DNA of 64,000 nt from Planctomycetaceae bacterium (GTDB taxonomy: Bacteria > Planctomycetota > Planctomycetia > Planctomycetales > Planctomycetaceae). Where the stretch lies: the NCBI GenBank assembly GCA_041398785.1, contig JAWKUA010000009.1:210629-274628 (forward strand), given 5' to 3'. A program made the translations under genes and the position numbers. How positions within the stretch are numbered: position 1 is the first letter of the stretch; each line of letters opens with the position of its first letter. A model generated the notes under the pieces. It was not told the origin of the DNA and searched no databases. It was given only the letters and a program-made list of their open reading frames with translations. Of this stretch, positions 1 to 10,632 are shown piece by piece.

Positions 1-882
1 CTTCGAACGTGACGTCATCCGCGTCAGGTTTCGAGGACGTGAGCGTTGCCTCCGGCCTGGTGTCGGCATCACTTTTCGGCCTGTCCGTGAAGAAGGAATC
101 AGCGTCTCTGCCGTCCGAACGCTGGCTGAGATTCGTGTCGTGGTTGAAACGAACCAGTACAGTATCGCCGACCTTGAAGCGGCTCTTGTGAACCTCATCA
201 ACATGCACAATGGCTTTCACGACATCGATGTTGACGATCGTCAGGATCGGATCCCCCTGGCGGACGGACTCGCCCGCGGGATGCACAACATCTGTAACGA
301 TCCCGTCGATTTCGGAGTGAACCGTGTATTGCTCAAGCTCCCGCTGCTTGGCCTCAATCTCGACGGACTTCGTATCGGCCGCCAGCCCGGCAATTTTCCG
401 GTCGTGCATTGCCTTCCTGATTTCCGCGTCTCCCTGCTTCACGTCAAGTTCGGCACGATTGATTTCGGTCGCTGTGAACACCGGAGCACGGCCGAGTTTT
501 TCCACCTTCTGGTTTGCTTCCAGCCTGACCTGCAGTTCCACCTGAGCAGTGGCATGCTTGACCTTCGCGAATTCGACCAGCACATCCGACTCCGCGGCGG
601 CCTTTGCTTCATTGTATTGAGCTTCGATAACGCTCAGTTCACCACGCACGAGCGAATCGTTCAGTCGCACGACCAGATCGCCCTTGCGGATGATGTCCCC
701 GACGCGGACGACTTCCTTCAGCGTGCCGGGGATGTCGACGGAGATTTCCAGCGTATCGCGGATCTCTATTCGCGGAGTCTGCGCCGCAATCGCTTGGGAG
801 CTGGTCCACCGATCAGGCTCCTGTGCAACACTTGTCGTCGCCAGCAACATTGCTGCCGTCAGGAAGTGGATTCGCATCTCAA
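1..882 (-). CDS. HlyD-family membrane-fusion / efflux periplasmic adaptor protein (5' partial, runs off window start)
   Basis: Reverse complement from ATG at 880-882 reads MRIHFLTAAMLLATTSVAQEPDRW... (signal peptide), then KGDLVVRLNDSLVRGELSVIEAQYNEAKAAAESD... (coiled-coil / biotin-lipoyl-like adaptor pattern). Not in the ORF track because it has no stop inside the window. The listed + ORF 140..946 is its antisense shadow. Confidence 0.6.
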
Positions 883-1394
883 TCCTCGCTGTTTCGGTTC
901 GCGGACTTTCGGTTTTAAGACCGCCATCCACGCTGAAAATTCCTGAAGAATCACGGACAAAACCCGCATTCCGGCCTACTCCCCGCAGTATCCCGACAGG
1001 GAAACGCAAAGCAAGGCCGTGACCATCGCATTCGCCCGGTCACCGCAAACTGACGGCACGACACCGCAAACTTCCGGAACTGCCTCCGCTGCCGGATTTG
1101 CCCGACAAGGCGCATTTCGCGCGGCGGACACGTATGATGTCTTCTCAGTAAACCTCGTTTCCATGTAAGGTTCGTGATCGGTCGATTGTCAACGATGAGC
1201 CAGAATCCATTGCCGTCTGCGGCATTCGTGGCCGGCAGATCCTGCCGGTATGTGTCGATTCTGTGAACGGTTGCCATCGGCGCCCGACATTCCATGGAAT
1301 GCGGTCGCTCCTGCGGCTGACGTTTCGCGGAACTGTCGGCATCCTCGTGATTGCTGTCTGCAATCGGCTCGCCCTGCCCATCGGAAGCCCTGCC

Positions 1395-4007
1395 ATGTTT
1401 TTCAGACTGCTGTCCATCGCTCTGCTCGGGTGTCTTTCTGCAACGTCGTTCGCTCAGGGAGTGAATGTCCGTTCGTTGAGTCTTGACTTCGGGGGGCCGA
1501 ACCGGCCACCAGCCGCGGACGATGTGCTAACGGTATCAGCGGAACTGGTCGCCATCGACGAAACCAGCGCCGAACTGCAGGTAACCGCTGAGCTTCAGGA
1601 CGGCTACTACATCTACCCGACGAACCCGGGTTTCGGCACAGCCACTCAGATCACTCTGACGAACACCGGCGGCCTGACAGCTGCTGGCGGCGAGTTCGTC
1701 GCCGATCATGAACCAAAGGTTGTCTTTGACGACATCCTGAAGCTGGATATCGAAAAATACTTCGGAACGGTCACCTGGACGCGCCGGCTGACGTCAACGA
1801 ACGGGCCGCTCAAACCAGGAATCAGCGTTGAGGGCGAACTGACGGGACAATACTGTTCCAGCGGCGAAGGCGGAGTCTGTGTGCAGATCACCCCCGCACG
1901 GCAATTCACCGCGACGCTTTCAGAGTCCACCGTATCAGCGCCTGCGACGACGCGAGACAATGTCGCTGCACCAGAACGAACGAGTGGCAATGGTGATGCC
2001 GCAGATTCGCAGTCTCGGGTCACCATTATCCCCGACGTGAAGGGGGATGAGGACGAAAAGTCGCCGATCGAATTCACGATTTCTCTGACTCCGGCTGACG
2101 CGTCTGTCGGCGACGAAGTCACGCTTTCTGTCACCGCAAACATCGCCCGGCCCTGGCACACGTATTCACTGACTCAGGACGCCGAACAGGGCGGCGGGCA
2201 GCCAACGGAGATTCTGCTGGACGAAGTCACGGGACTTCAGGCGATCGGCACGGACTTTACTGCGTCGGAAAAACCGGAAATTGAAGAACCGCTCGAAGGC
2301 TTCGTTCTGGAAACGCACTACGACCACGTGACATGGTCCCGACCGTTCGTGCTGACTGACGAACAGGCTCACATCGCCGGCACGGTCATCTTTCAGATCT
2401 GCAACAACGGGTCCTGCCTGCCTCCTGCTGACTTTGAATTTCGTGTTTCCCTGGGAACGGCGACGACCGGACAGATTCCCGCAGTGCCCGGACCGGCAGG
2501 GCCGGACGTACTACCGGAAACACAGCCGACAGCAACCGAAACCGATGCCGCGCTGGCTGTGAACAATCCCGCCAAAGACGGGCTGTGGGCATTCCTGCTG
2601 ACGGCTGTGGTGGCTGGTTATGTCGCTCTGCTGACACCGTGCGTGTTTCCCATGATTCCGGTGACCGTCAGCTTCTTCCTGAAACAGGGCGAAACCGGCA
2701 AGGACAACACGCTCAGACTGGCCATCGTTTATTGTCTGGGAATCGTCGGAACATTCACGGTGCTCGGGCTGCTGACGGCAACGTTCTTCGGCGGAGAAGC
2801 GCTGAACCAGCTTGCAAACAACCCGTGGCTGAATCTGTTCTTTGCACTTGTGTTCACACTGTTCGCAATGATGCTGCTGGGAATGTTCGAACTGCGAGTT
2901 CCGTCGTGGCTGCTGACGTGGTCGGCAAAGCGCGAATCCACCGGAGGAATCGTGGGTGTGTTGTTTATGGCGCTGACATTCACGCTGGTGTCATTTACCT
3001 GCACATTTGCCTTTGTAGGCACACTGCTGGTGGTAGCGGCGAAGGGCAGCTATTTCTGGCCGATCATCGGGATGCTGGCGTTTTCAACGGCGTTCGCTTC
3101 ACCGTTTTTCTTCCTCGCACTGTTTCCCGGCATGCTGAAGAAGCTACCGAAAAGCGGCGGCTGGATGAATCGCGTGAAGGTCACGCTGGGTCTGCTGGAA
3201 CTGGCAATCGTGGCGAAATTCCTGAGTGTCGCCGACATCGGGTTCAGCGCAACACAGACTCCCTACCTGCTGGACTTCAGTCTTGTCGTCGGAGCGTGGA
3301 TTGCCGTGGCCGTCGTCACCGGACTGTATCTGCTGGGAATGTTCAGCATCGGACATGATGACAACAACAGGAGCACCGGTCCGCTGCAGGCTGTCTTCGC
3401 GCTGACATTTATCGGCATCGGCGTTTACATGGCCGTCGGACTCTTCGCGCGGGAAGAACCCAAAGGGATCGTATGGCAGCAGATCGCGGCCTTCGCTCCA
3501 CCGACGGCAGCGATCTCCGAAACGGACAATGGTTATTTTCTTGAGCACGACGGCCTGCAGTATGCTCTGGAATTCGACACCGCCGTCGAACAGGCTCGCG
3601 GCGCCAACAAGCCGATTTTCGTCGACTTCACCGGAGTCAACTGCATCAACTGCCGCGTGATGGAACGCACGGCCCTGCGGACTCCGAAAGTCCACGAAGT
3701 CATCAGCGACCTCCCGCGGGCACAGCTCTACGTCGACACGGTTCCGGGCGTCGAGGACGCCGCGCGCAGCAAGCAGATTCTCAACAGAAATATCGATCTG
3801 CAGAAATCGCTGTTTGGTGACGTGGCAATCCCGGCTTATGCAATCGTCTCTCCCGACGGAACACAGATCCTTGCACGTTTCACCGGCCTGGACACATCCG
3901 GGGAGAAGTTCCGGGCGTTTCTGGACGAGGGTCTGAACGCTTGGCGTCAGCGGTCCGGCACATCAGGCGCACGCGCCACAACGACCGGCCTGGTTTCCGT
4001 GCACTGA
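1395..4007 (+). CDS. dsbD: thiol:disulfide interchange protein DsbD (N-terminal DsbD-alpha domain, CcdA-like TM core, C-terminal thioredoxin domain)
   Basis: Signal peptide MFFRLLSIALLGCLSATSFAQG at internal ATG 1395 (ORF opens at 1263). TM core carries the paired Cys motifs LLTPCVFPMIPV and FTCTFAF. C-terminal thioredoxin fold carries VDFTGVNCINCRVME (CxxC). Confidence 0.85.
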   Translation: MFFRLLSIALLGCLSATSFAQGVNVRSLSLDFGGPNRPPAADDVLTVSAELVAIDETSAELQVTAELQDGYYIYPTNPGFGTATQITLTNTGGLTAAGGEFVADHEPKVVFDDILKLDIEKYFGTVTWTRRLTSTNGPLKPGISVEGELTGQYCSSGEGGVCVQITPARQFTATLSESTVSAPATTRDNVAAPERTSGNGDAADSQSRVTIIPDVKGDEDEKSPIEFTISLTPADASVGDEVTLSVTANIARPWHTYSLTQDAEQGGGQPTEILLDEVTGLQAIGTDFTASEKPEIEEPLEGFVLETHYDHVTWSRPFVLTDEQAHIAGTVIFQICNNGSCLPPADFEFRVSLGTATTGQIPAVPGPAGPDVLPETQPTATETDAALAVNNPAKDGLWAFLLTAVVAGYVALLTPCVFPMIPVTVSFFLKQGETGKDNTLRLAIVYCLGIVGTFTVLGLLTATFFGGEALNQLANNPWLNLFFALVFTLFAMMLLGMFELRVPSWLLTWSAKRESTGGIVGVLFMALTFTLVSFTCTFAFVGTLLVVAAKGSYFWPIIGMLAFSTAFASPFFFLALFPGMLKKLPKSGGWMNRVKVTLGLLELAIVAKFLSVADIGFSATQTPYLLDFSLVVGAWIAVAVVTGLYLLGMFSIGHDDNNRSTGPLQAVFALTFIGIGVYMAVGLFAREEPKGIVWQQIAAFAPPTAAISETDNGYFLEHDGLQYALEFDTAVEQARGANKPIFVDFTGVNCINCRVMERTALRTPKVHEVISDLPRAQLYVDTVPGVEDAARSKQILNRNIDLQKSLFGDVAIPAYAIVSPDGTQILARFTGLDTSGEKFRAFLDEGLNAWRQRSGTSGARATTTGLVSVH

Positions 4008-4057
4008 ACAATCCTGGCTGCGCGATGGCCGGTTGACAATCTGCGGTCTTGAGAGTC

Positions 4058-5230
4058 CTACTCCGGTCCGAACAGCACGCAGATCGCTGCAGGGGCGAAC
4101 ACAACGCTTTGGTTGTACGTCAGTTCTCCGCTGTTCTGATCGACGACAAACGAAGCCAGCGTGTGAGAATCCTGGCCCGCTGCCAACAGCCAGCGAGCTG
4201 ATGGATCGAGGTTGAAGTTGCGCGGCGTGGCACCGCGGACGAACTCTCGTTCGACTACTTTCAATTCGCCGGTGTCGGGGTTGACGGCAAATACGGTGAT
4301 CGTGTCATGTCCACGATTGGCCGAATACACAAAGCGACCGTTCGGATGCACACGGATTTCCGAAGCGCTCGTGAACTGTTCCTTCGCCAGCTCCGCTTTC
4401 GGAACAGCTTCAATCGTTTGCTTTGCCGTCATCGTGCCGGCATCGGCGTTGTAGTCGAAGACGGTCACTGTCAGATCCAGTTCATTCAGCACGTAAACCC
4501 ACTTTCCGGACGTGTGGAACTTCATGTGACGAGGCCCCGCACCGGCAGGAACTTCGCCGAAGCCGTGCGGCGTTATCTTTGAGTTCGCGGCGTCGACTGT
4601 GTAGATAACCACCTTGTCCAGCCCCAGATCCGGCACGAATGCGAAACGGTTGTCAGGCGAGAATCCTGTCCAGTGAGGATGTGGGGCGTCCTGCCGGTTT
4701 CCCACGACGCGCGATCCGCCATTGTGCTCGATCAACTGAGTACGTTCCTTCAGCGTTCCATCATCGTTGAGCGAAAAAACGGCGACCGAGCCTCCGCCGT
4801 ATTGTGCCGTCAGCACAGTCTTCGCGGTGGCATCCACGCTGACGTGAGTTCCGCCACCGTCGCCGATTTCCAAAGCATTCAGAAGCGCCAGTGCGGAATG
4901 ACCATCGTGCGATTCAATGGCATAGCAGATGACGGACGGCTTGCCGCCGACAGAACCGACAGCGTACAGGCGATTTCGGTTGGGGTGCATCGCCAGAAAC
5001 CCGGGACCGCTGACCTCCGCCGCGACCGTCGGGTTCGAAAGCCTGCCGGTGCGCGTGTCCAGCAGGCAATGGTAGATCCCTCTGCTCAGTGAGTTACCGC
5101 CGGTTCCGATCCAGACATCAATGGAATCTGTCTGAGCGATGGACGTGGAACTTGCAGTCGTCACCAGCAGGCCTCCCGTAATGAATATGGCTTGAATCAG
5201 TTTCCGGAAACGGGTCATGCGATCCTCCAC
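4058..5230 (-). CDS. lactonase family protein (6-phosphogluconolactonase-like 7-bladed beta-propeller), secreted
   Basis: 390 aa. N-terminal signal-like MTRFRKLIQAIFITGGLLVTTASSTSIAQ. Repeated ...VHPNGRFVYSANRG... and ...GAGPRHMKFHTSGKWVYVLNE... blades typical of the YbhE/3-carboxymuconate-cycloisomerase-type lactonase family. Confidence 0.75.
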   Translation of the reverse strand: MEDRMTRFRKLIQAIFITGGLLVTTASSTSIAQTDSIDVWIGTGGNSLSRGIYHCLLDTRTGRLSNPTVAAEVSGPGFLAMHPNRNRLYAVGSVGGKPSVICYAIESHDGHSALALLNALEIGDGGGTHVSVDATAKTVLTAQYGGGSVAVFSLNDDGTLKERTQLIEHNGGSRVVGNRQDAPHPHWTGFSPDNRFAFVPDLGLDKVVIYTVDAANSKITPHGFGEVPAGAGPRHMKFHTSGKWVYVLNELDLTVTVFDYNADAGTMTAKQTIEAVPKAELAKEQFTSASEIRVHPNGRFVYSANRGHDTITVFAVNPDTGELKVVEREFVRGATPRNFNLDPSARWLLAAGQDSHTLASFVVDQNSGELTYNQSVVFAPAAICVLFGPE

Positions 5231-5233
5231 TGG

Positions 5234-5836
5234 TCAATAGTCTTCGTCCACCTGTGCCGCCTGCCACAGTTCGAGAAACTTCTCACGAACGTACGGGTTG
5301 AGCTGTTCAGCGAAGACCGCAGGAAGCTGGTTGACGCGGATCAGATTCATTACATCTGCCATGTCCTGCATCCGGTGAGCGGCGGTCATGCCGCTGGCCA
5401 GTTTCAGTTCCAGCAGTGCCTTGAGCGACACATACGGAATTCCCTCTTCGTGCCGTTCAGCAACTGTTTCAGGCTCAGGGAAGGCCACCGGTTTTGGAAG
5501 GCCGTCGCCTGGGTATTCGCCAACCATCAGAGCGTCAATGCTGACATTGGTCACCGCGTCACGAAAACTCTTCGACCCCTCAAATTTGTTGACCCAGCCG
5601 CGCCCGATGTATCTGTCTTTGAATTTCTTCAGATCCTCCCGGCGAATCAGGATATCGACATCAGCGGTTGTGCGTTTGTGGCCGTGAGCATTCGCAGCCA
5701 TGGCACCGGCGATCGCGAACGGAATGTTCATCTCCGTAAGCGTCTTCGTCAGCCGGCGCATAGCTTCGTGTATCGGTGACTGCTGCATGAAGAAGGCGTC
5801 TGCCTGCCTGGCGGCTTCCAGAATGGGTACTCTCAT
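5234..5836 (-). CDS. hypothetical protein (possible nucleotidyltransferase-fold protein)
   Basis: ORF 5234..5935. The internal start MRVPILEAARQ (ATG complement at 5834-5836) removes the overlap with purD. GAMAANAHGHKRTTADVDILIRRED resembles a nucleotidyltransferase core. No firm family assignment is possible by eye. Confidence 0.45.
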   Translation of the reverse strand: MRVPILEAARQADAFFMQQSPIHEAMRRLTKTLTEMNIPFAIAGAMAANAHGHKRTTADVDILIRREDLKKFKDRYIGRGWVNKFEGSKSFRDAVTNVSIDALMVGEYPGDGLPKPVAFPEPETVAERHEEGIPYVSLKALLELKLASGMTAAHRMQDMADVMNLIRVNQLPAVFAEQLNPYVREKFLELWQAAQVDEDY

Positions 5837-5904
5837 GGCGCACGATTCTACCGTGGTCTCACAGCGGAAACGAGCCTGTGGAATTCTCGCTGATCCGAAA
5901 TGAA

Positions 5905-7176
5905 TCATGCCTTGTCCGAGATATCTGAGCGACACCAGCCGCCCGCCCAGTGAATTTGTTCGACTGCGGCGTAGGCGGCAACTTTGGCATCCGCGATGGT
6001 TGCTCCGGTCGCCGTGACACCCAAAACACGCCCGCCGGCGTTCAGAATTCGACTGTCCTTTTCGACGGTTCCGGCGTGAAACACTTTCACATCGGGCATG
6101 GCGTCCGCTTCGTCAATGCCGGAGATCTCGCGGCCCTTTTCGTAGTCTCCCGGATAGCCTTCTGATGCCATGACCACGCACACAGCCGGACGAGGATCCC
6201 AGTCCAGGCCTTCCAGTTCCGCAAGCCGACCATCGGCCGCCAGAGAAAGCACCTGCGCCAGATCGGACTTCAGTCGCATCAGCACGGGTTGTGCTTCCGG
6301 ATCTCCGAAGCGAACGTTGTATTCAAGCACTTTCGGCCCCTGGTGCGTCAGCATCAGGCCGGCGTACAGGATGCCGGAAAACGGACAGCCGCGGTTCTTC
6401 ATCGCGCTGACTGTTGGAATCAGGATGCGCGTAACGATCTCGTCCATCATGGGCTCGGTGACCGATGGAGCCGGGCTGTAGGCTCCCATGCCGCCTGTAT
6501 TGGGGCCTCGATCGCCGTCCAGTGCTCGTTTGTGATCCTGGGAAGTTTCCAGAGGAATGATCGTGTCGCCATCGATGATGGCCAGAATGCTGGCTTCCTG
6601 ACCTTCCAGGCATTCTTCGATCACGATCTTTCGCCCCGCGGTACCGAATTCGTCGTGCTTCAGCATCGACGTCGCGGCGTCGATCGCTTCGCGTCGGTTG
6701 CGGCAGACATAGACCCCCTTGCCGGCAGCCAGCCCGTCCGCTTTCACAACCAGCGGCAAGTCGTGTTCGACGGAATCCAGATAACTGAGCGCCGGCTGCA
6801 GACTTGTAAACGCTTTGAACGCGGCTGTCGGGATTCCGGCCTTCTTCATGATCTCCTTGCAGAACGACTTGCTGCCTTCCAGCTGCGCGGCGGCTTTCGA
6901 CGGTCCGAAGATGCGAAGCCCCGCGCTGCGGAATTCGTCCACGATGCCGGCCACAAGCGGAGCCTCCGGGCCGACAACCGTCAGGTCGATGGAGTTCTGT
7001 TTCGCGAAACTCAGCAGACGGCTGATGTCGTCGGCCGCAATACTGACGTTTTCGCCATCCTGTGACGTTCCGGCGTTGCCTGGTGCGCAGTACACGCGTT
7101 CCACGTTGCGCGACTGAGAAAGCTTCCAGACCAGAGCGTGTTCGCGGCCACCCTGACCAATGACGAGAATCTTCAT
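5905..7176 (-). CDS. purD: phosphoribosylamine--glycine ligase
   Basis: MKILVIGQGGREHALVWKL... N-terminus (internal ATG, complement at 7174-7176). ATP-grasp body and the ...DPEAQPVL... C-terminal PurD signature are present. ORF track gives 5905..7218. Confidence 0.95.
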   Translation of the reverse strand: MKILVIGQGGREHALVWKLSQSRNVERVYCAPGNAGTSQDGENVSIAADDISRLLSFAKQNSIDLTVVGPEAPLVAGIVDEFRSAGLRIFGPSKAAAQLEGSKSFCKEIMKKAGIPTAAFKAFTSLQPALSYLDSVEHDLPLVVKADGLAAGKGVYVCRNRREAIDAATSMLKHDEFGTAGRKIVIEECLEGQEASILAIIDGDTIIPLETSQDHKRALDGDRGPNTGGMGAYSPAPSVTEPMMDEIVTRILIPTVSAMKNRGCPFSGILYAGLMLTHQGPKVLEYNVRFGDPEAQPVLMRLKSDLAQVLSLAADGRLAELEGLDWDPRPAVCVVMASEGYPGDYEKGREISGIDEADAMPDVKVFHAGTVEKDSRILNAGGRVLGVTATGATIADAKVAAYAAVEQIHWAGGWCRSDISDKA

Positions 7177-7351
7177 GAAATTCGTTTTGCCCTTCGTTTG
7201 TCCACAGCGAAAGCCCATGAGTTCCGCACGTCGCGGTGCCGCGTGTCAGAAACCGTCATTCCGGAACGCTCGCGGCACAAAAAAAGCTCGCGGCAGAGTA
7301 CCGCGAGCTTCTGTGTTTTTCGACGCCGTCGCCGCAGCGAATCCCGAGTCC

Positions 7352-7924
7352 TCAGGAACTGGCGGCCATGCTGACCGGCTTCAGCAGGAACGGAAACACA
7401 CGAACGGCCAGCCCCGGTGCATGATCTTTCTTGTAGGCCAGTTGAGCCGCGCGGTCGGCCGCGAACTGCAGACGCGTAAAGTCCAGCCCGCAAAAGCTGT
7501 CGGTATCCGCCTCGGCAGCGACGTCAGCAAACATTTCGCCGGCCGAAGCCGCGTGACGCCGAACACCGTGAATACTGCGTTCCCGGACTTTCACGCCGGC
7601 GGCGGAAAGCTTGATTAGTCCCTTCAGGAACCTTCCAACCGTGGTATCCGCTCCGGACACTCGCCACAGCCGTTCCCACTCTTCATGGGCCTCCCAATAG
7701 AAGCCCAGGTTGAAGAAGTCGATTGCGAGCAGAAAGTTGCGGTTGTCAGACCAGTTTTCGTTGCTGAGCGCCTTGGGACCGTTGCCTGCCGCATGTTTGC
7801 GACCGTAACTGTGACCCTTGGGATCTCGAATCGGGTGCGGAAGTCCCGACCCGGGATAGAAGGCATATTCGGGAAGTGGAACGGACGGAAGCAGACGAGC
7901 ACATTCCGCGTCAGCCGGTGTCAT
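7352..7924 (-). CDS. DUF309 domain-containing protein
   Basis: [25 protein letters not shown] matches the DUF309 signature (F..G.Y.EAHE.WE..W). Confidence 0.6.
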   Translation of the reverse strand: MTPADAECARLLPSVPLPEYAFYPGSGLPHPIRDPKGHSYGRKHAAGNGPKALSNENWSDNRNFLLAIDFFNLGFYWEAHEEWERLWRVSGADTTVGRFLKGLIKLSAAGVKVRERSIHGVRRHAASAGEMFADVAAEADTDSFCGLDFTRLQFAADRAAQLAYKKDHAPGLAVRVFPFLLKPVSMAASS

Positions 7925-8319
7925 GGGTGAGAAACTCCGAATAAATTGCTGTGGGATGGTGTGGACGCAGGCAGGGCGGGAAACGATCCGCGCGAAGGTG
8001 GGACAGGTGATCCAGTGTTCAGTGCCTGATTGGCTTCCGTTCCGGTTGCACTGACTTTACACGCTTTTCTGCAGACTTCGAGCGCTTCTTTTGTCGAAAT
8101 CTGCACTTTCCGGACGTTCAGAGTGAACGGTCCCGTTCGCTGTCGGAACCTGTGAACTTCACCCGTTCAGCCCAGCTTTCGCCAACGCCGGGGATTCGGA
8201 AACTGTGCGGTTTTCGCCGTGGCGGAACGCCGGGAGACCCGCCTTCGGGGCAGGTATTCAGAGGCGGCGGCGATGCCTCGCACCAGCGTTGGGATCGGCC
8301 AGCATGACCACGCGTCACG

Positions 8320-9372
8320 TCAATTTCGAAGAAACGGATCGAAACCTTCCTGCAGGGCTTTCAGAGCGTGTGGAATCTCCGAAGAACCATCAGCCGCCGA
8401 CGAAACGGATGGCAATGGTGATCGCGTAAACGGCTCGATATCGGAATTCGACGTCACGTCGGAAAACATGGTCGACACAGATTCCGGCACGTATTCGCGC
8501 GCCCGGTCGCGAACATAGCCGCTGACCACACCGGCGCCGTCACTCATGGTGCCGGACAATTCATCCTGGAACCCGGACCGTGCTCGCGCCAAAGCGTCCG
8601 ACGCGCGGCGATCGAGAGCGCTGGTGACGTCCTGGAAGATTCCGCCGTCCTCCGGCGCCGGCGCCACGCGCGAAGAATCGTCCGTTGAAACCTCATCGCC
8701 AAACAACAGACTTTCCAATTCGCTGGTTTCCTGACGGATCTGACGAGTGGAAACGGACGTTTCTGCAGATGTTTCGGTTTCGGTCGTTTCGGGTCTCTGA
8801 TCCTGTCGCAACCCGGCGCTCCCGGACCGGAAAACGTCCTCGGCGGAAAGTTCGCCTGGATTCATCGCAATCGTTGCACGAGCAGCCGATTCGGTTGTTT
8901 CCGTCAACTGCCGAAGCGGCTGAATCCTTTGCGCCGAATCCGGAAACGGAACGCGAAAGATGTCATCGCCGTCATTCGCAGGAGCACGAATCGGTTCCGA
9001 GAAAAACCCGGGATCACCGAGCAGATCGTCAGCATCGGAACTCTGCGCAGGAGTTTCATTGATGAATGACCGCAGTTGATCCAGCGTTGAATTTCCTGAA
9101 GTGATCGAATCGGCCAGATCGTCAGCCACCGTCGTCGCAATCAGGTCAGAAGACCCGTGGGCCACCAGCGCCCGCGCCAATTCCGGACGATCTGCCCACT
9201 GAGCGGCGTCCCAGTTGCGCACGTCGGAATAGGCGAGTCCCAGCGAATGCTGCGGCGTTCTCGGAATGAACTGAAACCCGTCGTGCCCGCGAACGAGATG
9301 ATACTGCAGAGCGACAAAGATGGATCCGGCCCCCACGCAGCAGCCGATCAGAAACGGTTTCAGTTTGCCCAT
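8320..9372 (-). CDS. hypothetical membrane-anchored low-complexity (acidic, Ser/Thr/Asp-rich) protein
   Basis: N-terminal TM segment KPFLIGCCVGAGSIFVALQY. The remainder is acidic and disordered-looking. No recognisable domain. Confidence 0.45.
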   Translation of the reverse strand: MGKLKPFLIGCCVGAGSIFVALQYHLVRGHDGFQFIPRTPQHSLGLAYSDVRNWDAAQWADRPELARALVAHGSSDLIATTVADDLADSITSGNSTLDQLRSFINETPAQSSDADDLLGDPGFFSEPIRAPANDGDDIFRVPFPDSAQRIQPLRQLTETTESAARATIAMNPGELSAEDVFRSGSAGLRQDQRPETTETETSAETSVSTRQIRQETSELESLLFGDEVSTDDSSRVAPAPEDGGIFQDVTSALDRRASDALARARSGFQDELSGTMSDGAGVVSGYVRDRAREYVPESVSTMFSDVTSNSDIEPFTRSPLPSVSSAADGSSEIPHALKALQEGFDPFLRN

Positions 9373-9787
9373 TGCCAGACCTCATTCGTGATCTTCACAG
9401 ACACCAGGAACGTGCTGCACGATGTTCGTCACGATCAAACGTATCACCTCCGGCACTGCAATCTTGTGTGAAGTCACCGCACCCGCGGCAGTTTGGAACC
9501 GTTTGCCGCTGGTCCGCCCGCCAGGTCTTCGCGGGCAGACAACTTTCACCAGCCGTCACCAGCCGTCTGAACTGCGTTGACGCCACTCCTTTGCGTGAGT
9601 CGGGCGAACCCGAATTTTGTGAATTATCGGAAAAACCGGATGTCAGTCCGTTGCTGACAACAGGACATCACAATAAGGTCCGCTGTGGGATTAATGCCCG
9701 ATGAATCAAAAAACAGACGGTTGAATGTGGTATGGCTGCCCATTATCGTAAGAAGGCAAAACCCAGGAATCTCACCGGCAGCCATTC

Positions 9788-10258
9788 ATGTTCATCACCG
9801 GCGAAGTCAGACGAACGATCGACGAGCGACATCGCCTGACTCTTCCCGCCGACTTTGCGGAAGCAGTTGCAGATGAAATTGGCGACGTAATCCTCGCTAA
9901 GGAACGTTCCGGATGCGTCAGTTTGTGGCGGCGGGACGAATGGCAGCGACGACTGGACAGCGGCGTCAGTCTGCTGCGGCAGAAGATTGAATCCGGCCGC
10001 ATGGAACAGCGGTGGGGAGACGTCCAGCGGCTCGGCCGGTTGCTGTCAACCCGCCATCAGCAGGTAAGCCTTGCAAAGCGGTCACGCCTTCTGATTCCTG
10101 AGGGATTTCGTCAGTTCTTGGGAGTGGATGCCGGAAAGGAAGTGGTGATTGTCGGGGCGGTGATCTGCGTTGAAATCTGGCACCCGGATCGGTGGATGGA
10201 CGTGCTGAAGGATGAGATGCCCGAATTCGGAGAGCTGTTTAAGACGTTGACGCAATAG
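9788..10258 (+). CDS. mraZ: transcriptional regulator MraZ
   Basis: Two MraZ half-domains: [23 protein letters not shown]... and ...[48 protein letters not shown]. These match the E. coli MraZ pattern (KGRLxLPA / QGRLLIP...FEIW). No rsmH/ftsL follows. Confidence 0.85.
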   Translation: MFITGEVRRTIDERHRLTLPADFAEAVADEIGDVILAKERSGCVSLWRRDEWQRRLDSGVSLLRQKIESGRMEQRWGDVQRLGRLLSTRHQQVSLAKRSRLLIPEGFRQFLGVDAGKEVVIVGAVICVEIWHPDRWMDVLKDEMPEFGELFKTLTQ

Positions 10259-10632
10259 TCCGCGGGAGCACACTGGAAGCAGAAGAATCGAACGAGAGCG
10301 GGGCGCGCTTACTCACTCAACAACCCTCCATCTTGGCCGCTCACTCCATGGATGGCCCTTTCGGCAGGGATGCCGCCCTTCTCTCTTCGATTCGAATCAT
10401 TTCGAAAAGCACGCAGCCCGGGCGGTTCATCGCCCGGGCTGTTTTCGTTGGCGACGGATTTTGTCGACACCACACACTTGCGCAATCGACAAATCCTGCA
10501 CGTTCCGGAATCTCGGGTTGCTTTGCCTGTCTTTCGTGGCCGGCCCACGCAAATGCGCAACTAAGCTGTCGATAAGTCGATTGCCGAGCCTCGGCGTCAC
10601 GAATTCAGATCGACTTAGCAGGCAGCAATCCG

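Noticed and set aside
140-946. 268-aa + strand ORF
   Set aside because: It is the antisense shadow of the HlyD-family gene on the minus strand. The minus frame has a signal peptide and adaptor-like sequence, while the + translation is low-complexity.
2585-3358. 257-aa + ORF in an alternative frame inside dsbD
   Set aside because: Arg/Gly-rich translation typical of an off-frame high-GC ORF. The DsbD frame has all the functional Cys motifs.
6289-7065. 258-aa + ORF antisense to purD
   Set aside because: Overlaps the strongly supported purD on the opposite strand. No motifs.
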